A stretch of DNA of 64,000 nucleotides from the human T2T-CHM13v2.0 reference genome, Homo sapiens: assembly GCF_009914755.1 (NCBI RefSeq), contig NC_060930.1; one strand, 5' to 3'. The notes beneath the pieces are model-generated. The model worked only from the letters and a program-made list of their open reading frames with translations, searched no databases and was not told the origin of the DNA. This document shows positions 43,380 to 55,530 of this stretch, one piece after another. Made by a program: the position numbers and the translations under genes. The first letter of the stretch is position 1, and every line of letters begins with the position of its first letter.

Positions 43380-44450
43380 CTCTAAGAATCGCCGCTCTCC
43401 CCAGTCAGAGTCCTCATGGCAGCCCCACGGTCAGCAGAGCCACGGGCCACCCTCACCCCGAGTCCCGCTGGAAGCCACTCGCCAAGCAGCCTCTCCGGTA
43501 CCGCCCTCTGTGATAAACAGGGCACCATGTCCAGGCCAGGAGCCTCCACGAGAGAAAGGTCAGGGGGACGGAGCGTGGGGGGGACCGCGTGCACGAGGCG
43601 GGGACAGAGGGTCGGGGGGACCGCGTGCACGAGGCGGGGACAGAGGGTCGGGTGGACGCGTGCACGAGGCAGGGATGGAGCCTGGGGCGGGGGGACGCGT
43701 GCACGAGGCGGGGACGGAGCGTGGGGGGACCGCGAGCACGAGGCGGGGACGCAGCGCGGGGGGACCGCGTGCATGAGGCGGGGACAGAGGGTCGGGGGGA
43801 CGCGTGCACAAGGCGGGGACAGAGGGTCGGGGGGACGCGTGCACGAGGCAGGGATGGAGCCTGGGGCGGGGGGACGCGTGCACGAGGCGGGGACGGAGCG
43901 TGGGGGTACCGCGAGCACGAGGCGGGGACGCAGCGCGGGGGGACCGCGTGCATGAGGCGGGGACAGAGGGTCGGGGGGACGCGTGCACGAGGCGGGGATG
44001 GAGCCTGGGGCGGGGGGACGCGTGCATGAGGCGGGGACGGAGCGCGGGGGGACGCGTGCACGAGGCGGGGACGGAGCGCGGGGGGACCGCGAGCACGAGG
44101 GCGTCGGCTGCTGGGATTTGAAGGAAGCTCTATAAAGCGAGGGAGCAGGGACCCCCGTTCCTGCCGGGGGTGCCGGGGTGGGGAAAGCACAGAATCTTCT
44201 TGAGGCCCTGGGCTGAGTGAGGGGCGCACAGGAGGCGGGAGCTGCACGGGTGACTGTGGGGTGGCGGCCGTGGCCAGAGCGCAGGGAGGGAGACGGGAGG
44301 CCACCCGGCTGCCGGGTTTCCTCCTGGAGGCTCCGTGGCCATTTTCCTGAGCTAGAAAACGGGCCCACGCCATCAAGGTGGGGACAGGCCCGGGCTCCCT
44401 TCTTGTTTTGAATAAAGACCATGTTTTCCACGTGGCGTAAGACATGGCGT
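43380..44450. promoter_or_regulatory. CpG island, candidate (possibly bidirectional) promoter
   Basis: Very high GC and CpG density; many GGCGGGG boxes; TATAAAG at 44131; CCACGTGG E-box at about 44428; minus-strand donor GGG|gtgagg at 43457. Confidence 0.65.
43563..44101. repeat. GC-rich minisatellite, 15 monomers of about 34-39 bp with 179-bp higher-order repeat
   Basis: Core GGGGGGAC(C)GCG(T/A)GCA(C/T)GAGGCGGGGAC with alternative spacers; AGGGATGGAGCC at 43671 and 43850. Confidence 0.96.
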
Positions 44451-47400
44451 GATGACACTTAACTTCGCACTACTAAAAATACCTTAAGAGATACTTATCT
44501 TGTTTAAATAATTTGGAATTATGGCTCCACATTAAAGAAAACAAACTCCAAGCAACAGCTTTTCTTTCTCTCCTTCCCTTGTGAGGTCCGCCGGCAAACC
44601 ACCAATGTTTCCGTATTCAAGGCCAAAATACCCTAGGGAGGGACCGGACTCCTTTTATTCTTTACATAGCATTGTCAGTGTTTGGGGACATTGGAAGGAA
44701 GCTAAGGAAGCTATAGTGACAAACTCCTGCCACTCTCGCGTTCAGAGGTCTGCAGGACAGCAGGCTCGTGAGCCGGGGAGCGGGCTGCATCCCAAAGATG
44801 CCCAGGCTTCCAGGTGCCTGAAACCTGCAGGGATCAGTCTAATTGCCTTTCTCCACGATACCATTGCTCTTAAGAAGTGTTTTGGCAATGACTTTTAACA
44901 ATAGGACGATGGCTGAGTTCCCAGATCTGCATTACGGAGGCATTTTAAAAGCCCACATCTTCCTCAGCTACACCGAGTCTCTCTCCTGATGTCAGTGCTG
45001 TGTGGCTGAAAATCAGCTTTTTTAGAAGGCCGTTTAATGTAGAGATTTATAGGGCCGCATGAACGCTGCATTTAAGAAGAATTTTTTTAAAACTATAAAG
45101 TATGACATATTTAATGGGGATGGGGCAATGTGATATGATGGCTAAGGCTTTGTAAAACTTTTAAATAAAATTAACACACATAACTTTTAATGCCCCCATG
45201 TCAAAGCATCTTAACATTATAAGAAGTAAACACATAAAATCCCATCCCCTTTCAAAGCCGCACTCAAGTCTGGATTCTTAGCTCAGTTTATCAAACGCTT
45301 TTTATAAGCCTGGAATGATCACAGAGATGATACTTTTTAATGATGCTAACGTTCTGGTTTGATGTTTTTAATCCAAAGAGGTTAGGAGGTGAAATCTGTA
45401 CTAACCCTATTACTTCTGATACGAGCTCAGCCGCTCTGGCTCGGTTATAAGCATTGTTTGCATGGTCTGTCTTTTCATCCTTTTACTCTCAACTTGTTTG
45501 TGTCTTTCATCCTAAAGACATCCTGCCTCCTCCCGTTCCATGCTCACATGTGACCAAATGAAGCAGACAAAACCCGAGGCTGCTTATGAGGCTGATTGCA
45601 AAGCCACAGTGCAGCCAGGCTCCCTGCCCCGAGCGTCTCTGTGCTGGGACAGGCTCCAGGCCCCTCGAGTCTGCTAAGCCCTTCCCCAAGCTTTAGCCCT
45701 GTTTCTTGTATCACTTTAATTCCATTTCTTATCTCGACATCTTCAGCAGGGAAGGCTGATTTACCAGAGAGAGAGGGAGAGAGACAGGACATGAGAACAC
45801 TGTTGCCTGGGGTTGAAAAAACAGTTTTTTTTTCCTGTGTATTTGTACTCCATTTTTTTGTTTTGACAGATTTTGGGGAGTCTAATTTACATAACATAAA
45901 ATTCACCTTTTTTAAGTGTGCAATTCAATGATTTTCTTGTAAATGTACCGCATTGTAACCACTACCACAGTACAATTTTGGAACATTTCTACCACCCGAG
46001 ATGATCTCTCGCACGCAGTTGCAGGCAATCCTCATTTCCACCTAAGGCCTGGCCAACCTCTCCTCTAGGTTTTACCTCCACAAATGTCTTTTCTGGAGAT
46101 TTCCTATCAACAGGATGCTGTAAATTGTCTTCTATTTTTAGCTTCATTCACTGAGCACAGTGCTTTGAGGTTCAACCCCATTGTAGCACATAGTGCCTTC
46201 ATCTTTGTTACTGAATGGCATTCCATCGCGTGGATATACCACAGTCATTTATGGAGTCACAGGGGATGAGCATTTGGGTTGCTTCCACTTCTTAGTTATG
46301 ATGGCTAATGGCACTATGAACACTACTGTGCAAGTCTTTATGTGGACAGAAGGTTTTATTTATTTAATTTTATTTCATAGTGAACTATACTTGACATAAC
46401 ACACGTATACAATTATTATATATGTATATTTTATCAGTATTGATAAAATTAACACCCACACAGCCCATGTCAGCATCTCAAGGTTGAGAAATGAATCATT
46501 TTCAGTATACAAAACACCTCTGCATAAGCCATCCATGATTCTATCCTCTTCATTCCCAAACAGAAGTAGCCATTATCCTGCTTCTGGGATCATAATTTCC
46601 TTGCTTTTCTTTATGGTTTATTGTACGTGCATCCACAGAAGAATATCTGGTAAGTTTTACTTGTTTTTGTAGTCTGTAAGTAAAATGATATTGTATACAT
46701 CTTTAGTGGTGTCTTTCTATCCCATCACTGTGCCATTTATCCAGATACATGCATGTAGATAGGATTTGTTCACTTTTACTGTTGTATAGTTTTCAAATAT
46801 ATAAATAAATCACAATTTTAGAACAAACCTGCCCTGTTGTTGATGGACTTAGGGTGGATTTCAGTTTCTGGCTGTGCTGCTGTGGACTTTCTTGTATTTA
46901 TCTTCTGCATGTCATGTATTTATCATGTGCCTGTCAAAAGCTTCCTGGAGTGTATTCCTAGGAGAATTGCTAGTTCTTAGGATATTTTCATTTTCTACTT
47001 TGTAAGTAATGGCAAACATTCCCAAAGTGAAAATAATGATTCACACCCGCACCAACAATGTAAGCATTCCTGTGGTTTCACCTTAACCTTCACTCTGTAT
47101 TGGTTGATTTTTTACTTTTTTCTATTTGGCCGGAAGGTAAAAATATCTAATTTTGGTTTTATTTACATTTCTTTGATTTCTAATAAGATTGAGCAATTTT
47201 TTGTTGTTGTTTTTGGACATTTTGTTTTGCTGTTTAGCAAAATGTCCAGTCAGGACTTCTGCCCATTTTTCTTTTGGAATTTCTCATTTTGCAGAATTGT
47301 TCAAGATTTTATTATGCTCAGGAAGCCACGTTGTATGGAGGAGAGTCAATACTAAGATTTGAGTTGGCTCCAAAGATGGGATTTCCTTTCAGCTTGGCGC

Positions 47401-49126
47401 AGGGGTTTTACTAACACATAATAGATGGACATATTTGGGGGGTACATGTGACAACCTAATGCGTTCGTATAATTTGTAAAGTTCAAATCAGTGTACTTGG
47501 GATTTCTATCACCTTAAATATTTGTCTTTTTATGATTTTTAAAAATCAATTTTATTGAGGTATACTCACACAAAGAGTACATAATGTATGATTCTGGTTT
47601 TTTGAAATGCTAGGAAAGGCAAAACTCTAAGTGACCGAAAGCCCAGCAGTGTTTGCCCACTTGTAGGGATTGGAAGCATTGGCTGCCAAGGGGCATGAAG
47701 GAACTTTCAGGGATCATAAAATATCCTGTGTTGTGGACGTGGTTGTGGTTGCATATTTTTATTTCTTTTGGGTAGATAGCTTGGATAAAATTACTGGGTC
47801 TACTGGGTAACTTCATAAACTTTTTAAGAAACTCAACTATTTTCCAAAATGGCTAGGCCATTGCACACTCCAGTCAACACTGTGTGAGGGTTCCCACTTT
47901 CACCAACATTTGCCATCGTCTGCCTTAGTGTTACAGCTAGTTTCATGAGTGGGAAGTGGCATGCAGTGTTGTTTTAATTAACATTTCCTTAATCATAAAT
48001 GATATACATCTTTCCATGTATATATTCTTCTCTGACTTCCCTTGATAAAATGTCTATTATATCTTTGTACATTTTTTAAAAAGATTGTCTATCTTAATTG
48101 GTTTGTAAGTTCTTTGTATATTATGAATACAATTCTTTGTAAGAAATAAGATTTGCAAGTATTTTTTGTAAATTTATGGCTTGACATTTTATTCTTTTTA
48201 TGGTGTCTTTTGAAGCACAAAAATTTTAGATTTTGATAAAGTTCAATTTTTTTTATTTTATGGATTTTGCATTTGGTGTTATATCTAAGAATATTTGCAT
48301 AACCATTTCAAAATTTTCTTCTGTTTTTTTAAATAGCTTTTTATAGCTTTAGCTCTTAAATTTAGACAATGATCCATCCCGAGATACTTTTTATGTGTAA
48401 TGTAAGACACGGTCTGAATTCAATTTGTCTGAACATTAATAAATAGAAATTATTTAAAAAGAACCAAATAGAAATTCTGGAGTGAGTTGAGAAGTGCGAT
48501 AGGTGAAATAAAACATCGCTAGAGGATCTTAACAACAGATTCGAGTCAGTAGAAGAAAAAACCGGAGAACTTGCAGGTAAGTCAACACATAGTATCTCAT
48601 TTTAGGAGCAGAAAGAAAAAAAGAATGGAGAAAAATTAATAGAAAGTCAACTTGTTTGCCTACAGATATCCAATTGTCCCATACGATTTATTGCAAAGTA
48701 TAGCACTTCATAATTGAATTTTCCTGGCATCTTTGTGGAAAAACAATCGACTGTAAGCCTTAGTGTTTATCTGTGGGATTTTCAATTATACTCCATTGAT
48801 CTATATGTATACATCTATCTCAATATCACAATCTTTTGATTTAGTGGAGCTTCCGAATAAGTTTTAAAAATGGGAAGTGAAATTCCTCCATTTGTTTTTC
48901 AGATGTTTTGACTATGTTGGGTCTACGCATTTTCATGTAAATGTTAGGAACAGCTTGTCAGTTGCCACAAAAAGCTTGCTGGAATTTTTACAGGTGTTGA
49001 ATTGAATATATGTATCAATTTCACATGAATTTTCATCTTTAAAATATTGACTTTTCCAACTCATACACATGGATTGTTTCTCTATTTAATATGATCATCA
49101 TTCATTGCTTTCAGCATATTCTACAG

Positions 49127-49352
49127 CAAGCTCGTCCAACCCACGGCCTGAAAGTCACATGTGGCCCAGGACAGCTTTGAATGCAGCCCAATGCAAATTT
49201 GCAAACTGTCTTAAAACATAGATTTTTTTTTTTTGCGATTTTTTTTTTTTAAAGCTCATCAGCTATTGGTAGTGTTAGTGTATTTTATGTGTAGCCCAAG
49301 ACAATTCTTTTTCCAGTGTGGCACAGGGAAGTCAAAATATTAGACACCCTTG
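49127..49352 (-). mobile_element. MER30 hAT element with 8-bp TSD
   Basis: CAAGCTCGTCCAACCC...TTAGACACCCTTG; TSD TTCTACAG / TTCTATAG. Confidence 0.9.
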
Positions 49353-49511
49353 TTCTATAGGTTTCAATGTAAACATCTTACCTTCTTTCGAAAGTTTATT
49401 TCTAAGTATTTTATCCTTTTTAATGTGAATGGAATAGTTTTCTGAATTTCATTTTTGGACCATTCATTGATAGTATGTAGAAGTGAAATTGTCATTGTTA
49501 TCGCCATCTTC

Positions 49512-49817
49512 TTTTTTATATTATTTTATTATTTTTTTGAGATGGACTTTCTCTCTTGTCACCCAGGCTGGAGTGCAATGGCTCGATCTCTGGTCACCAC
49601 AACCCTGCCTGCCTGGTTCAAGTGATTCTCCAGCCTCAGCCTCCCAAGTAGTTGGGATTACAGGTGCGCGCCATCACGCCCAGCTAATTTTTGTATTTTT
49701 AGTAGAGACAGGGTTTCACTATGTTGGCCAGACTGGTCTGAAACTCCAGACCTCAAGTGATCCACCCACCATGGCCTCCCAAAGTGCTGGGATTACCGGC
49801 GTGAGCCACCGCGCCCA
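49512..49817 (-). mobile_element. AluSp/Sq-like
   Basis: Antisense Alu with TCTTGTCACCCAGG and GTGCAATGG. Confidence 0.92.
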
Positions 49818-52800
49818 TCACCTTCTTCTTCTTGATTGGCCTTGTATGTAAATGAAAGCCTGGGTATCCTCCTGCTCCTGATTTTAGGGGGAACATTCTG
49901 CTTTTCTCCGTTAAGCATGCTGTTAACCGTGGGTTTTTCACAGATACGTTTTATCACATTGGGGAAGTTGTCTCCTATTACTAGTTTGTTGAGAATTTAT
50001 TCCCTGAGTGGATGTTGAATTTTGTCAAATGCTTTTTTTTTGTCATTCATTGAGATAATCATGTATTTTTGTCCTTTATTAAAATGCTGTATTACATTAC
50101 TTGATATTTGGATGTTGTACCAACCTTGCAGTCCTGATTTAAATCCTACTAAGTTATGATATATCATATTTTTATATGTTGCCAAGTTCAGTTTTCTAGT
50201 ATTTTGTTGAGAATTTTTTGCATATGGGTTCACAGGAAACATTGGTCTATGGTTTTCTTTTTTCATGATATTTTTCTCTGGCTTTGATATCAGAATAATA
50301 CTGGCTTTATAGAATGAGTTGGGAAGTATTCTTTTCTCTTCTACATTCTAAAATAATTTTGTGAAGAATTAGTATTAGTTCTTTAAGTCTTTGGTAGAAT
50401 TTGTCCTGAAGCCATCTGTGCCTCAGATTTCCTTTGTGGGTTGGAAGATTTTTCATTATTAATTCTTTTTATTTCCCATAGAAATATTCTGAGTTTTTTT
50501 GTTTTGAGTCATTTTCGGTAATTTGCATGGCCAGAAATTTGTTCATTTTTATCTAAATATCTATTTGTTGGCCTAAATGTGTTCTGTTTTTCCTCATTAT
50601 TCTTTTGGCTTCTATAAGGTGGGTAGTCATGTTTACTTTTTTATTCCTGATTTTGGTAATTTTTTTCTTTTCTTTTTTTTCTTGATAGTCTAGCTAAAGC
50701 TTAGCCAATTTTTTTGATCTCTTTACAGAACCAACTTTTGGTTTCATTTATTTCTGTATTGATTTTATTTTCTATTTCATTGATTTATTATCTAATCTTT
50801 GTTATTTCCTTCATTTTGCTTCCCTTGGGCTTACTTGATACATCTTTTCTAGCTTCTGAAGGTGAAAACTCAGGTGATTTTATTGAGATCTTTCTTTTTT
50901 CCAATAGAGCCATTTCAAGCTATACTTCTCCAACAGCCACTACTTTTCCTGCATCTTATAAAAGCTATAATGTCTTTTTATTTTCATTGAATTCAAAATT
51001 CTACCTTTCATTGAGATTTCTTCCTTGAAATAATATTAGAGTATATTGTTTGTATTTGCGTATTTTCTGAATTTCTTCCTGCTGTTGATTTTTAATTTAA
51101 TTTCTCTGTGGTTGAAGAACATTTTTTACATGACAATTAATTTTATATTGATTGAGGCTTGTTTTAGAACTTAATATGTGGTCTATTCTGGACCTAAAGA
51201 TAGATAGTGTTTGAACAAAGGTCAGTTCACCAGGAACTTGTCATAATCCAAATACGTTATATCCTCTGATCTGTTCGGCTCAGAACTGTTTATCAACAAA
51301 TGCACCGCGTCCCTGCCCTCGGGTCCTGTCTGTGCACAGTGCGCCCAGAGTTCCTTCTCTTTTTATCCGCCCATTACCTTCCCATTCAGTTGTTGTTATT
51401 CTTTACCATTTAGACGGCATGTGTGCATGTGTGTGTATCTTTTCTCCAAAGGTGAGATAGTTCACTGTTAATAGTTCATTTGGATAGTTACCTTAAGAAT
51501 TTGGGACTCAAAGTTAATACTTTGATTTACAGGTCTGTGTATTTCAATAACTGTAAGACAGTGTATAAATAAACACAAAGACACACATACACACTAAGGG
51601 AAAGTACACTGGGACATTTATTCCAGGAAGACAACCTCACCAGAGTTCAGTCCACTGACATCTGGCAGCTCCTCTTTGGGGGTTCTGTTACTGAAAGAGG
51701 AAGGGGTTAGTTCTCAAGTAAACTCACCCCTAACCTGACTCAAAATCAGTACTCTGGAGGCTAGAAGTATAGCAAGGGGCCAGCCTAACAGGTCAGCAAT
51801 TTCTACAGCAAGAAAGAGTAAAACATTGGCCACATTACGTAGTGATGTTAAAGCCAACGATATGAAATATATTATAGGAAAAGCAATATGTTATAATTTC
51901 TGAACCGAGGATGAAAATATTTCCTCGCATTTAAGCATATTCCCAGCATCCCTGGAGATATAAAAAGCACGATTTGCACAAAATGTGGTATGTGAAATAT
52001 TTTAACAATTGTAAGTCCATAAACAGAAATAATTGTTCGCATTTTGAATAATAAAGTAATGAACGGCTTCCAGTTGAAGGGCTACGGCCGTCCGTGACAT
52101 TCTGTTCCCTCCTGCCTCAAGGCCCCTGGCACTCACACTTGGTAACATCCTCCCTTTGAGTTGGGACAAAGTCCCCGCGGCTCACAGCCTTGGCCTCAGA
52201 GCCTGCACCTCCTGAGGCTCAAGCTGACAGGTAGTGGTTCAGGTGCCCTGCACATTCAGAGGCCAGTTGGAGAGGAAGAGAGCAGGAAAACCAGATGTAG
52301 GAACTGCATGGAGCAGCTCCTCTCCTCCTTCCCCTCCTCTCCCCCATCTTAGGGAAAGTGCTAACCGTGTCTGCTTCACCCTGCCCAGCTGCAGGAGTCC
52401 TGATGAGTGGGGCCCACGCCTACCCTCAGCTCTTGGCCCTGGTCCTGACGGTGGTGGAGTTTTAAACAAGCATTTTGGAATAGTTTGTTGTGCACAAATA
52501 CATTTTTTTTTTTAAAAAAACTGCCTTACACCTGCCTGTCCCAGGAATTCTGAGGACATCTGTATTTTTTTGTTTGTTTTATGATCCTTAAGAATTAGGA
52601 AATTTGTCCTACCCTCAGAAAGTTTTTTTTTCTTTTTCTTTTTCTTTTTTTTTGAAAGTTAATGATTACCTATACAACCACAAAGGATAAAACATGTTTT
52701 GAAATTGTTAAGTATAATTGGAAAACATTTAGTCTCTATTTTAGATTATTTTGAGTTTAAATATAGTGATAGTTGTGTGGGGTTTTTTTCAGTGTATGTG

Positions 52801-53479
52801 AAGCGTGTTTGTATCTGCAGGTTAGCACTTTGGTCTTTCTGGTGTTCCTGGCTTTCAGGTAGCTACAGAAGCATGTGGTGTGTCTCAGTGGGTTTGTATC
52901 TGGGAGCAGCGAAGGAATGTAAATATCAGTGATGTTACCACCAATAAAACTCTATGCCATAAAATACCTCCCTTGTTTTTCAGAGGAGATGCACAGACTC
53001 CAGCCTTGGGTAAACAACAGAGCACAAGCGTGGTGCCCGTTAGTCAGCTGGGCCAGAGAGTTCAAAGCCAACCCACATACACTAGCAAAGATAGTCCAGG
53101 GTGAAACTGGGGATAGAGAGGCTCAGAGAGTCCCAGGAGGGAGGTTGTATGTCTCGTTGTGTAGGAGTCCTCTTTGCAGTGGAGAAAACCTGCTCCTGTT
53201 AACCATTCCTTTTCCGCTCCTTTTATGAAAGCCATTGTGTTTATTTAGTTCAGCAATGCTTCACTTCACTGGGTTCTTCCAAGTTTTGCTGATCTGCCCA
53301 CGCCACCTTCCTGGCACCTGAAAGCACAGTGTTTTATTCCCTTTGGTTAAGTTTTACAATTAAAATTATGAATTAGGAGACGAAATCCTAAGTTCACACC
53401 AACTAGTTTGGGATTGAAACCGAATTCAAAGATTGACCAGGTTTAAGAAGCTCCAACCCCTCTCTGAATTCTTTTTTGA

Positions 53480-54975
53480 TGCATTTTTAATTGATCCATA
53501 ATAATTGTGCATCTTTATGGGGTACAGGGTGACTTCTCATACGTGCGTACAGTGTGTAATGATCGGGTCAGGGCCATCTCAAACACCTCAAACACTTGTC
53601 ATTTCCTGGTGTTGGTGACATTTCAGAGCTTATCTTCTACCTGTTTTGAAATATAAAGTAAATTATTGTTAGCTATAGTCACCCTACTCTGCTGTCAAAT
53701 ATTAGAGCTTATTCCTTCTATCTAACCGTCTGTCTGTGCCCATTAAGCAGCCTCTCTTCACCTCCCTCCCTCACATCCTTCTCAGCCACTGTAACCAGCA
53801 TTTGATGCACCACCTCTGTGAGATCCACTTTGTAAACTCCCACGTACGAGTGAGAACACGCGCTGTTTGTCTTTCTCCACCTGGTTTATTTCACTTCACA
53901 TCGTGACCTCTAGTTCCACTCATGTTGCTGCAAGTGACAGGATTTCATTCTTTTTAGGGCTGAGTAGTATTCCATTGTGTCTACATATACGGCACATTTT
54001 CTTTATCCGTCCAGCCTTTGATGGACACCAGCTTGATTCAGTATCTTGGCTACTGTGAGTTGTGCAGCAGTGACCATGGGGGTGCACATACCTCTTCCAT
54101 GTAACCATTTCCTTTCCTTTGGGTATATGCCTAGCAGCGGGATTGCTGGATCATAGGGGAGTTCTATTTTTAGCTTTTCGAGAAGCCGTCATACTGTTCT
54201 CATTAGTGGCTGTGCTAACTTACATTCCCAGCAACAGTATATGAGAGTTCCCTGTTCTCCCCATCTTTGCCAGCATTTGTTATTTTTTTGTCTTTTGGAT
54301 AACAGGCATTCGAACTGGGGTGAGACGATGTCGCACTGTGGTTTTGATGACATCGAGCATTTCTTTGTAGACTTTTTTGGCCATTTGTATGTCTTCTCTT
54401 GAGAAATGTTTATTCAGATACTTTGGTCATTTTTAGATCAATTTTGTGTTTTGTCGTTGTCGTTGTTGCTGCTGTTCAGTGGTTTGAGTTCCTTGTATAT
54501 TCTGGATATTAGTCCCTCGTCAGAAGAATATTTTCTCTTATTCTAGAAGTTGTCTTTTCACTCTGTTGATAGTTTCCTTTGCTGTGCATATGATTTTAGT
54601 TCAATATAACTCCCATTTGTCTATTTTTTGTTTTGTTGCCTGTGCTTTTGAAGTTTTGGCAAATAAATGTTTGCCTCGACAGATATCCTGAAGAATTTCT
54701 CCTATGTTTTCTTCTATCAGTTTCCCGTTTTAGGTCTTACATTGAAGTATTTAATCTGCTTTGGCTGTATTTTTGTGGATGGTGAGAGACGGGGTCTAGT
54801 TTTGTTCTCTTGCACATGAATATCCAGTTTTCCCAGCACCATTTATTGGAGAGACTGCCCTTTCCCATTGTTCGTTCTTGGTGCCTCTGTTGAAGAAGAG
54901 TTGCTATAAACACAGAGATTTACTTTTGGGTTCTCTATTCTATTGGTCTATGTGTCTGTTTTTATATTGATACTA
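53480..54975 (-). mobile_element. L1MA 3' portion
   Basis: TTTATGGGGTACA...GAGTGAGAACA...GCAAGTGACAGGATTTCATTCTTTTT...GAATATCCAGTTTTCCCAGCACCATTTATTG. Confidence 0.9.
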
Positions 54976-54984
54976 TTTGCTGGT

Positions 54985-55530
54985 AGAATGCATTTTTTTT
55001 CTATTTAACTTCATAATAATGCTATAAAGTAGATGCTGTTATCTCTGTATTAAAGATAAGAAATATGAGTCCTGAGAGGTTGTGCCTCGGTCAGTCATGT
55101 GGGTTAGGGCCAGACTCTGGCTGGGGCTGTTTCACCCTAAAGCCATGCTTGTCTTTCCCACAATGTGAAGACTGAAGGTTCTGTTGAGAAAATATTGTGA
55201 GAATTTTAAACATGTGGAGACACTGATCTAAAAACAATAGGACCAGTAGGAACACTTTCCTCTAGTGGAAGAAGATAAACAACAAATTCAGAAACTCAAG
55301 GGTACCATGACGAAAATACGTAAGAGTGACATGAGAGTAACTCAGAGTGCAGTGTGGGGTGAGGGCAGGACCGAGTCATCAAGACTCTTAGAGAAGAGCT
55401 CTCTGAAAGGGTGCCTTTGGAATGGAAATCTGATTAATAGAGAAGCGGCTGTGAGAAGGTCTGAAGGCGGATCTTCCCAAGGGGGAGGAATAATTTATGC
55501 AACTGCTCTGAGGCAAGCTTGTGTACTGAA
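54985..55530. mobile_element. MIR and L2 fragments
   Basis: TAAAGATAAGAAATATGAG...GAGAGGTT (MIR-like), followed by L2-like purine-rich sequence. Confidence 0.45.

Larger units (their letters stand above)
45880..51200 (-). mobile_element. Cluster of nested old L1M fragments (mostly antisense; sense pieces at about 47575-47750 and 48435-48645)
   Basis: ORF 49997-50266 (KKENHRPM...GLQGWYNIQ...MIISMNDKKKAFDKIQHP) matches L1 ORF2; several L1 3'-end motifs. Confidence 0.82.

Noticed and set aside
43382-44458. 358- and 330-aa Pro/Arg-rich ORFs
   Set aside because: Derived from the GC-rich VNTR/CpG island, open in multiple frames on both strands
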